Source: Planctomycetota bacterium (GTDB lineage Bacteria > Planctomycetota > Planctomycetia > Pirellulales > Pirellulaceae). From it: 41,996 nt of DNA. This document shows, one piece after another, positions 1-10,000 of this stretch (its first letter is position 1; the number at the start of each line of letters is the position of its first letter). Location: NCBI GenBank assembly GCA_039027135.1, contig JBCCKZ010000001.1, forward strand, positions 1 to 41,996, in the 5' to 3' direction. The notes under the pieces were generated by a model, which worked only from the letters and a program-made list of their open reading frames with translations, was not told the origin of the DNA and did no database searches. The translations under genes and the position numbers were made by a program.

Positions 1-1810
1 ATCCGACTCACCCAACGTCCAATCTCCGAATTCAGGCAGTCTGCTATTCGATGGTCAAAATGACTTCATCGAAATCGGGCCCGATCAGTCGCTTGATCTC
101 AGCAGCGGCAACTTCACGCAGTCGGTTTGGATCAAGCCGACCGCCAACAATCAAACCTATCAAGGCGTCTTGGGCTACCAACCCGCGGGTGGCACGTCCA
201 CACGCTACCCGGGGATTTGGGTCTACCAACAAGACCGCATACACGCTGGCTTCGGCGACGGCACGAATTGGAACTCGTTCAATTCGGGCAGCGTTCTTAC
301 GGTCGGCGAATGGAACCATGTGGCAACCACGTTCGACGGTACAACCTATTCGATCTTCGTCAATGGCACGTTGGTCGCAAGCAGCGACAGCTTTGCTGGT
401 CGCTCTCCCTCCGGAACGCAGCGTGTCGATATCGGCCGCGTGGATAACTATTTCAAAGGCGGTATTGATGACGTTCAGATCTACAACCGAGCACTAACGG
501 CCCAAGAGGTTGGTGTCCTTATCGATGGTGCAGATGTTCCGTCAATCCCCGTGGATGGTCGCTTTGTCACCAATCAACTCTACAGCGGCTTCGACACTCC
601 GCTGGCCGTGGATTGGTTGCCGGACGGTCGAGCGGTCGTATTGGAACAACCAGGACTGCTTCAAGTAGTCAACCTGGACGGCTCGCGTCAGAGCACACCA
701 CTTTTGGATATCCGAGACCGGGTCAACGCCGGAACCAAGGATCGTGGTGCGTTGGGATTTACGATCCATCCGGACTTCGAAAACAACCCTTACGTTTATG
801 TTTCTTACACTTATGATCCGCCCGAGGTTTATCAGAGTTCAGGTTTGGGAGGACCCGATGGCAACGGAGCTCGCGTCGCACGGATTTCTCGGTTTACCGT
901 TGACGCTTCAGGAACTTTTGCCGATCCGTCGAGCGAGTTTGTTCTGGTCGGAAACAACAGCACCTATGAGAATATTGGCAATCCGAATATTCGACCAGGA
1001 TTAGATGATCCGCACTCATGCATCGATGCTAGCGGCAATCCTACTGAAGACTGCATTCCCGCGGATGAGACCAGTCATACGATCGGTGACTTGGAGTTCG
1101 GCACGGACGGGTACCTGTATGCCAGTAGCGGTGACGGTGGTTCGTTCGGACGAGTGGATCCAATTAACCTTCGTGCGTTAGACATTGATTCGCTTGCTGG
1201 CAAAATTCTGAGAATCGATCCGGTCACAGGGCAAGGTCCCAGCGACAATCCGTTTTACGATGGGGACCCAAACTCGAACGCGTCCAAGGTTTACCAGTAC
1301 GGACTTCGCAACCCATTCCGTATAGCAGTCAATCCAGTCACCGGTGGCGTTTACAACGGAGATGTTGGCTGGACCCAGTGGGAAGAAATCAACACAGGCC
1401 GCGGCGCCAACTTTGGGTGGCCCGCATTCGAAGGCGGCGATGGCGTCAGTTCACAAACACGTCGTTATCGTGACCTACAGCAAGTCCAAGACTACTATGC
1501 GACCAACCCCGATGTGACCGCTCCCATTTGGGCGCGAACGCACGCTGATGGTGCCCGCGCTATCGTGATGGGTGACTTCGTTGGCGATTCGGTTTATCCA
1601 TCGCAGTTCGCCGGAGACTTGTTATTCACCGACATTGGCGACCAGGTTCTACGCGCTGTTGATTTTGATGCCGCAGGCGGCGTGACGTCCGTCGATGTTG
1701 TGAGCGACTCCGTTGGATTCCTGGTTGATGTGCAAATGCACTCCGACGGGTTCCTCTATTACGTCGACATCACGGGAACGGTCGGGCGTTTGGAATATCA
1801 GCTGACCTAA
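1..1810 (+). CDS. 5'-truncated extracellular protein: LamG-like jelly-roll domain followed by a glucose/sorbosone dehydrogenase (GSDH) beta-propeller
   Basis: The frame is open from nt 2 (SDSPNVQ...LLFDGQNDFIEI...FTQSVWIKP), so TTG 170 is not the true start. LamG motifs WNHVATTFDG and FKGGIDDVQIYNRALT. GSDH motifs DRGALGFTIHPDF, GDLEFGTDGYLYASSGDG, GKILRIDP, YGLRNPFR, DVGWTQWEEIN, GANFGWP. Confidence 0.85.
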   Translation, partial: SDSPNVQSPNSGSLLFDGQNDFIEIGPDQSLDLSSGNFTQSVWIKPTANNQTYQGVLGYQPAGGTSTRYPGIWVYQQDRIHAGFGDGTNWNSFNSGSVLTVGEWNHVATTFDGTTYSIFVNGTLVASSDSFAGRSPSGTQRVDIGRVDNYFKGGIDDVQIYNRALTAQEVGVLIDGADVPSIPVDGRFVTNQLYSGFDTPLAVDWLPDGRAVVLEQPGLLQVVNLDGSRQSTPLLDIRDRVNAGTKDRGALGFTIHPDFENNPYVYVSYTYDPPEVYQSSGLGGPDGNGARVARISRFTVDASGTFADPSSEFVLVGNNSTYENIGNPNIRPGLDDPHSCIDASGNPTEDCIPADETSHTIGDLEFGTDGYLYASSGDGGSFGRVDPINLRALDIDSLAGKILRIDPVTGQGPSDNPFYDGDPNSNASKVYQYGLRNPFRIAVNPVTGGVYNGDVGWTQWEEINTGRGANFGWPAFEGGDGVSSQTRRYRDLQQVQDYYATNPDVTAPIWARTHADGARAIVMGDFVGDSVYPSQFAGDLLFTDIGDQVLRAVDFDAAGGVTSVDVVSDSVGFLVDVQMHSDGFLYYVDITGTVGRLEYQLT

Positions 1811-2048
1811 GATCGGCTAGCTGGCGTTTTAGACTATTTGAAAACGGGTCTGGCCCTTTGCCAAGCGATTTTGATTGGTTGAAATCGCCTACCATTGGTG
1901 CCGTTTCGAGTTTTCCGACTCATTTCTCTGAGGGTCAGCCCCCTTTTCATACAGTCTCTTCGATGATGAAGCGAGGAACGGGCCGGGAGGAAAGACGCTA
2001 TATTCACGAACCCCTTTTCGAACTTCGCGATTCTCTTCTTAGTACTTC

Positions 2049-2219
2049 ATGGATAAAAAAGCCAAAAAACGACTCGACGTCATCAACAAGAAGCTTCAAA
2101 CGCTACGTCCACGACTCGCGGGTTCCAGGGCACAGGCAGATGATCCCGAAGAGCTCAAGCAGCTGGAAGATGAGATCTCAGCCTTAGAGGCTGAAGCCAA
2201 AGAGCTCAAGGCTTCCTAA
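2049..2219 (+). CDS. Small 56-aa predicted coiled-coil protein, absent from the supplied ORF track
   Basis: ATG 2049 to TAA 2217-2219 reads MDKKAKKRLDVINKKLQTLRPRLAGSRAQADDPEELKQLEDEISALEAEAKELKAS. Two amphipathic helices; ends 5 nt before rhaB. Confidence 0.75.
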   Translation: MDKKAKKRLDVINKKLQTLRPRLAGSRAQADDPEELKQLEDEISALEAEAKELKAS

Positions 2220-2224
2220 GAATC

Positions 2225-3757
2225 GTGAAAGATCTATCCAAGCTCTCAGTACGTATCGCGGTCGACCTTGGTGCCTCAAGTGGTCGACTGATCGCCGGTT
2301 GGCTTCACGAAGGGTGTTTAGAAACCGAGGTCATTCACCGCTTCGAGAATAACCCTGTTCGCGTGGCGGGTTCGCTGCAATGGAACTTGACTGGACTTTG
2401 GTCTGAGATCCTTCGAGGCCTATCGCTGTCGGCGTCCCGGTGCTCTGAAATCGAATCGATTGGCGTCGACTCATGGGGTGTCGATTTCGGATGGATCGAC
2501 TCGTGTGGTCAACTCGCTGGCCCCGTCTATCACTATCGTGACGATCGAACGGCCGGCATGATGGAACATGTGGATCAAACTGTCGGCTTCGGTCGGGTCT
2601 TCGACACGACGGGGATCCAGTTCATGCCAATCAACTCGATCTATCAAATCTGTGGAGCGGTTGCCCGTTCGGATTCGGCTCTTTCGAGCGCTGAATCATT
2701 TTTAATGATCGCAGATTTATTCCATTACTGGCTTTGTGGCATCCGTTCAATAGAAGTAACCAATGCCTCGACAACGCAGCTGCTTGACGCCCAGACGCAG
2801 CAATGGGATACCGAACTAATCAATGCACTCGAGATCCCATCCCAACCTTTCGCTGCCCCAATTGCACCCGCCACACGTTTAGGTCAGATCACCGATGAAG
2901 TCAAAACCGAAACGGGCCTGACTGGCGGCGAGGTGATCGTGCCCGCCACCCATGACACCGCCTCTGCCGTTATTGCAGTTCCTGCGGAGCCCGGCGAGGC
3001 TTCATCCCAACCGAAATGGTGCTACATCAGCAGTGGTACATGGTCATTGATGGGCGTTGAGATTGATAAACCTATCATCAATGAAAAGTCGCGAAGCCTC
3101 AACTTTACGAACGAAGCTGGCATCAACGGAACAACACGTCTGGTGAAAAACATCGGCGGCCTATGGATTTTCCAACAATTACGCCGATCAATGATCCGGC
3201 GTGGCGTTGAACGTGACTGGTCGGCGATGGTTGAGATGGCTTCAAAAGCAGAGCCTTTCTCGGCGATCATTCATCCTGATCATCCTGACTTGATTGCTCC
3301 GTCGGACATGTGGTCAGCGGCGTGCAAGGTAGCTGCATTCAAAGGGCCACCCATCAATCCGGATACGCCCGTTGACGAACAAATGGAAGGGCGAATGTAT
3401 CGCGCCGCACTGGAGGGTTTGGCATTACGCTATCGCGAATGCTTGCAATTGCTTGAGAGCCTCGTTGGCGGGTCGATTGAAACAATCCACATCGTCGGTG
3501 GCGGCTGTGTCAATGAATTGCTTTGTGAAATGACGGCGGATGCCTGCAATCGCAAAGTGGTTGCAGGTCCCGATGAAGCGACATCGCTTGGCAATTTACT
3601 CGTCCAGCTGATCGGAGGAGGGCAGGTCGCGGATCTTTCTGCGGCACGCCAGATCGTTCGCGATTCCATCGAAGTTCGCACCTATCTTCCCAGAGAAGAT
3701 GCCGGAAGGGACGCGGCGGCTTATGCTAATGTCGTACTTCCCGACTTACCTTCGTGA
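2225..3757 (+). CDS. rhaB: Rhamnulokinase (FGGY family; could also act on fuculose)
   Basis: AVDLGASSGR, SIGVDSWGVDFG, HYRDDRT, TGIQFMPINSIYQ, EVTNASTTQL, ATHDTASAV, YISSGTWSLMG, NFTNEAG, IHIVGGG, AGPDEATSLGN. Confidence 0.9.
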   Translation: MKDLSKLSVRIAVDLGASSGRLIAGWLHEGCLETEVIHRFENNPVRVAGSLQWNLTGLWSEILRGLSLSASRCSEIESIGVDSWGVDFGWIDSCGQLAGPVYHYRDDRTAGMMEHVDQTVGFGRVFDTTGIQFMPINSIYQICGAVARSDSALSSAESFLMIADLFHYWLCGIRSIEVTNASTTQLLDAQTQQWDTELINALEIPSQPFAAPIAPATRLGQITDEVKTETGLTGGEVIVPATHDTASAVIAVPAEPGEASSQPKWCYISSGTWSLMGVEIDKPIINEKSRSLNFTNEAGINGTTRLVKNIGGLWIFQQLRRSMIRRGVERDWSAMVEMASKAEPFSAIIHPDHPDLIAPSDMWSAACKVAAFKGPPINPDTPVDEQMEGRMYRAALEGLALRYRECLQLLESLVGGSIETIHIVGGGCVNELLCEMTADACNRKVVAGPDEATSLGNLLVQLIGGGQVADLSAARQIVRDSIEVRTYLPREDAGRDAAAYANVVLPDLPS

Positions 3758-3766
3758 TGGGGAACC

Positions 3767-4507
3767 ATGAGCCTTCCACGAGCATCACTGACGTCGATTT
3801 CTGGCGATTGCCGTTTGGTGATGGTTCATCGCGAATCACAGAGTTGCCCCTATCGCGCCGGCCAAGTCGCCACCATGCCACTGAGTCTTGTCGTCGGTGG
3901 AACGGTTGAATCGGCAACCGATCATTGGCTGGGAAACGGTTACCGACGCACTGGCGAGTTTGTCTACCACACCGAATGCGAGAGCTGTCAAGCTTGTCAA
4001 CCCACTCGCCTGGAGGTCGCAAGGTTTGAGCCCACACGATCGATGCGTCGGATCCTCAACCGCGGTGATCGTGAACTAACTTGGGCTTGGCAACCCCCAC
4101 GAGTCAGCGCCGATCGTCTTGAGCTCTTCAATCGGCATCGTCAGGTTCGAGGACTGGGAACACCATTTGAAGTCGTTGATGCGGACTCTTACCAGAACTT
4201 TCTCGTAGACAGCTGTTGCCAGTCGATGGAACTGGCCTCGTATCGAAACGATCGTCTTGTCGGGATTTCAATCGTGGACTTTGGACGCACGAGTCTTTCG
4301 GCGGTTTACACATTCTTTGATCCCGCCGAGTCAAAATACAGCCTTGGAACATGGGGTGTTCTCAAGCAGATCGAACAGGCGAGACAAACGGGCCGACGTT
4401 ACGTCTACCTCGGTATGTACGTCGATGACAATTCACATCTCAATTACAAAGCACGGTTCCGACCGCAACAGAGACTTATCGAGGGGACTTGGATTGATGT
4501 CAATTAA
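3767..4507 (+). CDS. Arginyl-tRNA-protein transferase family (bacterial ATE/Bpt-like aminoacyl transferase)
   Basis: CPY...GYRRTG...YHTECESCQACQPTR (ATE_N) and LSAVYTFFDP...YSLGT...YVYLGMYV...YKARFRPQQRL (ATE_C). Confidence 0.88.
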   Translation: MSLPRASLTSISGDCRLVMVHRESQSCPYRAGQVATMPLSLVVGGTVESATDHWLGNGYRRTGEFVYHTECESCQACQPTRLEVARFEPTRSMRRILNRGDRELTWAWQPPRVSADRLELFNRHRQVRGLGTPFEVVDADSYQNFLVDSCCQSMELASYRNDRLVGISIVDFGRTSLSAVYTFFDPAESKYSLGTWGVLKQIEQARQTGRRYVYLGMYVDDNSHLNYKARFRPQQRLIEGTWIDVN

Positions 4508-6077
4508 AATTGATGCTTCGAGGTGGACTAGATTGATCCTAGCAATGGTTTTCGCAATCTCGCTTTTTGCCGGATCTCCCAAACAGTCTACAGGACAATC
4601 GAATGCACCGGATAAAACATCCGACGCTGGCGGAAGCGAAACCGCCCTCGGCGACGTGAGCAATGCTGGTGGGGCAGCGTTCGCCGATTTCGACTCACTG
4701 ATTGATCTGATTCAAACGACCGTCAATCCGGAAACCTGGGAGACGCTGGGCGGACAGAGCACAATCGAACCGTATCCGCAGGGCGTCATGGTCTCACCTG
4801 AAGGAACCCTTGCCAACGTTGCGTCGGTTAGGAACTCGGATGCCAAAAGCATGATTGCCAAGAGCAACTTAGCCCCAATTGGCAATCCAACGGACCCTGA
4901 TGCTCAGAAGAAGGACTGGAGATTACCCGCCAAGATACGCGTTGTATCTTTGACCAGGCTCAGAAATGCCATCGTTGCAACCTATGCTCGAGGCGGACGA
5001 CCAGATGAAGCCATGTGGAACTTGGCGGGACTTTCAGACATTCGAGTGGTGACGGCGTCCGATGGTGAGCTTTGGGTTGCCGGAACAGTCGGTGGCATTG
5101 CGACCGACGGCGATGGCTGGCTTCGGGATCGCCGTACTGGTCGCACGCCGCTGCGATGGGACTGGCTTGCGTCAACGATGCAGTCAGCGATCAGCAATAC
5201 TCCCTTCGGTTGCACCATCGACCCCACCGCACAGGGAATGCGTTCGGCTGCCAACGTCGCTTCAGCGGTGAATCAGGGAAACGTGACAGCGTCCGAAGCG
5301 GACACCTTGCTTTCGGAGGCGTTTGGGTTCCAAGACATTCGCGTCTTTGGTACGCAACCCGATGGAGTCGTGGCACTGATGCTTGTCGAAGCAGATCGAC
5401 ACATGAAAGAGCTGGCGCTCGGAGTTCATTCGATGCCCGATGAAACCGCCAATTACTTTGACGTGGTTGGACAAAGCATTGCCAGTGGCCCACCTAGCGA
5501 CCTGCTATTGCGACTATGGTTTACTGCGTCACCCAGAAAGTGGAAGCAAAGCGAGGATGGCAGCCTGATTCAAATGTCTGGAATTCCGGTGCGTTTATCC
5601 GGCGAGAATCAATTGGCATTGGCAAACGGCGGCAGGGGACAGGTCGTCGTCGATGAGCGCACGAAACATTTCGTCGATAACTTCAATGAGAACTGGATAG
5701 GCATCCGTTCAAAGTATCCCATCTACGCGTCCGTTGAATCCGTCTTCCAAGCTGCCTCATTGGCCGAAGCTAGCCAGCGTGTCTCCGGTGACGACACCGA
5801 CCTCAATCGACTATGCCAGTCGATTGCGGCATCATCTTCGGTCTTCATTACGGGTGGCCCGGTACCAAAGCAAACACCAACGCTGGCCGTTCATCGACAG
5901 TTTCGCCAAGGCAAGAAGCGTCATGACGTCGTCGTCGCGAGCGGCGGAGTGATGGTGAGCCCCGAGGGCACTCTGAACACATCCCCGGACGGCAAGGCGA
6001 ACATAAAGACTGAGTATCTCTCAGGAAACGCCACCGATCCAACCGGATTCGACGGTTGGTGGTGGGACGTTCGATAA
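4497..6077 (+). CDS. DUF1598-family secreted protein
   Basis: ATG 4497 gives a signal-peptide-like N-terminus (RWTRLILAMVFAISLFAG). Motifs ADFDSLIDLIQTTVNPETW, RVVSLTRL, FGCTIDPT, LVEADRHMKELALG, RLWF, SGGV, C-terminal WWWD. Confidence 0.8.
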   Translation: MSIKIDASRWTRLILAMVFAISLFAGSPKQSTGQSNAPDKTSDAGGSETALGDVSNAGGAAFADFDSLIDLIQTTVNPETWETLGGQSTIEPYPQGVMVSPEGTLANVASVRNSDAKSMIAKSNLAPIGNPTDPDAQKKDWRLPAKIRVVSLTRLRNAIVATYARGGRPDEAMWNLAGLSDIRVVTASDGELWVAGTVGGIATDGDGWLRDRRTGRTPLRWDWLASTMQSAISNTPFGCTIDPTAQGMRSAANVASAVNQGNVTASEADTLLSEAFGFQDIRVFGTQPDGVVALMLVEADRHMKELALGVHSMPDETANYFDVVGQSIASGPPSDLLLRLWFTASPRKWKQSEDGSLIQMSGIPVRLSGENQLALANGGRGQVVVDERTKHFVDNFNENWIGIRSKYPIYASVESVFQAASLAEASQRVSGDDTDLNRLCQSIAASSSVFITGGPVPKQTPTLAVHRQFRQGKKRHDVVVASGGVMVSPEGTLNTSPDGKANIKTEYLSGNATDPTGFDGWWWDVR

Positions 6078-6204
6078 GCCACGAGATGCATCTTGCATGC
6101 CCAGAGCCGGCGAGTCCTAAAATTGACGGTTAGATCGGTTTTTCGGATTGACGCGGTCACCCCGGTGAATCAATCTACGGGCCCGCGCAATAGGAAATTG
6201 GCTG

Positions 6205-6813
6205 ATGCATCGTTGTTTTACTGTCTTGGGGTTACTGGCGGCTTTATCTGCCTCCACGGAGCACGCACTGGGTGCGGTTAGCGTTTCTCTCACGCCTTCG
6301 ATTGCAGCAATTTCTTCAAGCGGTGGAACCGTTACATTCACCGGTTCGATCGATGGCGATCCAGGTGATGCCCTCGTAGGCTACGATCTGTTTATTGATA
6401 TCGTTGGGCTTGACCTTGACGATGCCGGGCCAATCAGCATCACGAACCAGGTGCCCCTGACCGCTTTCGACTTGCCCAGTACCACGCTTCCGGCAGACGG
6501 CCGAGATATCGGGTTTGGTGGTGCGAATCTGTTCAGCGTCCCGATTCCGATCGATGCTCCCACCGACTTATTCTCTTTCGATGCTGTCTTTTCAGCCTTA
6601 CCGATCGGACAGACATTCGATTTCGAGTTTGATACACAAGCTATAGGTTCCGGAATCACCGTCAACGGATCTGACCTGGATTTAAGCACTGACGTCGCGT
6701 TCAGTGGCGGAAGTGTCACCGTTATCCCTGAGCCTTCGCCCGCTCTTGCTCTCGGACTCGTTATTTTTCACGTTGCTCTACGTGTTCGAAGACGTTGCGT
6801 TTCCAAAAGGTGA
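6205..6813 (+). CDS. PEP-CTERM (exosortase target) surface protein with a single cohesin-like beta-sandwich
   Basis: N-terminal signal peptide; C-terminal VTVIPEPS + hydrophobic helix + RVRRR. The beta-rich body ends in VAFSGGSVTV. The cohesin call is by eye and less certain than the PEP-CTERM call. Confidence 0.8.
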   Translation: MHRCFTVLGLLAALSASTEHALGAVSVSLTPSIAAISSSGGTVTFTGSIDGDPGDALVGYDLFIDIVGLDLDDAGPISITNQVPLTAFDLPSTTLPADGRDIGFGGANLFSVPIPIDAPTDLFSFDAVFSALPIGQTFDFEFDTQAIGSGITVNGSDLDLSTDVAFSGGSVTVIPEPSPALALGLVIFHVALRVRRRCVSKR

Positions 6814-7065
6814 ACCAGCCGGCGACTTAGTAGATGGAACGGGGCATACTAACGGGGGATAATGAGCCGGTCTCAAAGACCATGCCCGGCTCGATTTGGC
6901 GCGAGTCTTCTCAGCGATGCCATACGCATCAAGCGATGCGAGTTCTTTCGGTCCTAGCAAATCGCTTTGCAAAGAAGATCGACTTCTTTCCATCAAACTC
7001 AGACACAAGGGCTGAAGGGTTCAGCCTTTGGGAACTTTGGCAATCAATTCCAAGTAAGTTGAATC

Positions 7066-10000
7066 ATGAAGAATCATCTTTCATCACGTTCAAGAAAATC
7101 GTTTTTCAAGTCGATCGAGCAACGAAAGTTGCGAATCGAAACGCTCGAAAAACGACATCTTCTGGCGGCGTCCCTTGGGATTGATGAGAGCTTTCTTGAA
7201 TGGGAGTCATACGGCATTGAGAGGTCAATTGTCCCCGGTGAGCTGGTTGTCGCCTTTGAACACAGTGAGTCGATCGAGGGCTTTGCAAGGTTTATGCAAA
7301 CGATCGATTTACCGAACGAGGCATCTTATGAGGCAAGCATCCCCAGTACATTGCTGACTCTGCAGCCTGAGTCTGAATCCAATCTTGTCACCCTCGTGCA
7401 GTTTGAGTTCGACCCGAACGAAGACTTGCAATCTCTCGTGAGTGACTTCGAGCGACTCGGCGAGGTCGCCTGGGCATCGCCAAACTACCAATATAGCGGT
7501 GACATTTTTGATTTCATTCCCAATGACCCAAGCTTTTCAACGCAGTATCACCATACCCTGATGCAAAACGATGTCGCGTGGGACACGACGCTCGGCGACC
7601 CGAGTGTGATCATTGCGGTAACCGATGATGGTGTACAGCTCGACCACCCGGATCTTGCCGCGAATATCTGGGTGAATGATGACCCGATCGATGGGATCGA
7701 CAACGACGGCAACGGCTTCATCGACGATATCAATGGCTGGGATTTCGTGGCCAACGACAATGACCCTAGCCCTAATATTTCCAGCAATGATCACGGAACC
7801 CATGTGGCAGGAATTCTCGCGGGTGTGACCAACAACTCCGTTGGGATCGCGGGAACAGCTGGCGGCGCATCCATCATGCCGATACGGATTGCCGGAAACG
7901 ATGGTGGATTTACTTCCACCATCCTCGCCAACACATTCGCCTACGCGATAGACAATGGCGCTCGCATCGCCAACACCAGCTACAACATCAATGGTTTTGT
8001 TGGCGATCCAACCTTTACGGCAGGCCTTCAATACTACTACGACAATGGTGGGCTGCATTTCAACTCGGCAGGCAACAACAACGAACTCAATCCAGCCAGA
8101 CAAGCCTTTCACCAAACACTCTTGGTGGCCAGCACGACATCGACTGACACCAAAAGCAGCTTCAGCAACTACGGTACGGGCATCGACATCTCGGCTCCCG
8201 GTAGCTCAATTTTTTCCACGGTCACCAATAGCGGGTATGGATTCAAGAGTGGAACGTCGATGTCAGCGCCGAATGCTGCAGGTGCCGCTGCACTCATATG
8301 GTCGGCTAATCCCACCTGGAGCAGGGATCAAGTCGCTGCGCAACTTCTAGCGACGGCTGACTCAATCGAAAGCCTCAACCCGACTTACCAGGGATTACTT
8401 GGCGCTGGACGTGTTAATACAAGCAACTTGTCAGGTCCGCTATCCGCACCAATTGTGTCCAAAGTTGATGGATTGCCCGCCGACGGCTCCTTTATTTTGG
8501 CGGCCGAATCACCGACCGATTTCTCGATTGCGTTCAATCAGATCATGGATCCGGCGTCAGTGAACGATGCGTCGAACTTCAGTCTCGTCGAAGCGGGAAT
8601 CAACGGTATCTTCGGAGACGCTGACGATGTGACACGACCTATCACGCTCGACAGCGACTACATGATCGGCACAAACGAGCTTGATTTCTCGATAGTCGGT
8701 GGACCGTTGTCACCAGGTCGATACGCCTTCGCAGTATCAGCCAATGTGACCAATCCATTCGGCACATCCATTGATGGAGATGGCAACGGTGTTGGAGGAG
8801 ATGCTTTCCTGAGCACGTTCAACGTCATCGTCCCACCACTTGATCCGATCGAACCGCTTGGTTCACTCGCCTATCGCGGTGATTTTTCGGGAAGCGTTTT
8901 GACTGCCGGACAAACGCAACAATACACCGTTGAACTCGATGATGGCCAATCTCTGACAGTCGTTGGTGTTCCAGACAGCACGCTGACGGTCGCGATTTCG
9001 GTGGAGGCTCCCAGCGGTTCGATATCATCGCTAGCGGCGGCTTCGCCTGGTGATGACTTAGTTCTAGGTCCGGTTACCAGCCAGGTCGCGGGGACTTACA
9101 CCATCACGGTCAGTGGCGCGAACTCAACCACTGGAAGCTTTGATCTCCAGGTGCTCGTTAACACTTCGGTCGAATCTGAGACGCATGGGGGCGCATCAAA
9201 TGATACGTTGGCCAATGCTCAATCAATCTCAGCAAGCAATACGACTCTTGGTTTCGGGAACTCAGATCGACTCTCAGTCCTCGGTTCATTTCCAGGCGGT
9301 CCGAGCCAAGAGATATTCAGCGAGGACTTTGAGTCTGGAGTCCTTGGTAATAGTTGGACGACAAGCTCATCGGATCAACGCGGTCAGATTCGTGCCTCGA
9401 ATGAGCAAACGGCTGCATCCGGCACCTTCGCATTACTCATGGACGTGTCAACGAGTGGCGACCCCGCATTGAATGAAGCGATTTGGACGGTCGACCTGAG
9501 TGGTTTGAATGACGTCACACTCGCATTTTCTCATGCCGAGTGGTCCGATGAAACCGACGCTTTGCCCGAGACGTTCACGGGCAGCTTTAACGGCGATGGC
9601 GTGGCGGTCAGTGACGACGGAGTCAATTGGTTCACCGTATTGAGTGCTCCCCAAACAACGAACGGCATCTGGACACAAGAAACCATTGATCTCGTTGCCT
9701 TGGCCAACCAGACAGGCATGACGCTAGGTGCAGGATTTCAAATCAAGTTCCAGCAATACGATAACTTTCCTTTGACCACCGATGGTCGAGGTTATGACGA
9801 CATCCAAATTCTCGCGTCAGTTCCTCAGAACGATTGGTACTCCTTTGACGTTGTTGGCGGCGAAACCAATTCGATAAGCCTCACCAAGCTTTCGGAGGGT
9901 GCAGCCGCTTTAGGCCTTTTCGATAGTTCAGGCAATCAACTTGCCACCTTCAACGAACTGGACACAGGCGAACAACGAATCGACCAATTCGAGGCACCCG

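Noticed and set aside
1858-2187. 109-aa ORF from the track
   Set aside because: No recognisable features, TTG start, and it overlaps the more convincing 56-aa ORF at 2049-2219 in another frame.
4257-4496. Extended N-terminus of DUF1598 as given in the ORF track
   Set aside because: It lies inside the transferase gene. ATG 4497 gives a proper signal peptide and only a short overlap.
6834-7184. 116-aa ORF between the PEP-CTERM gene and the giant gene
   Set aside because: It overlaps the start of the giant gene out of frame and has no motifs; more likely promoter/UTR sequence.
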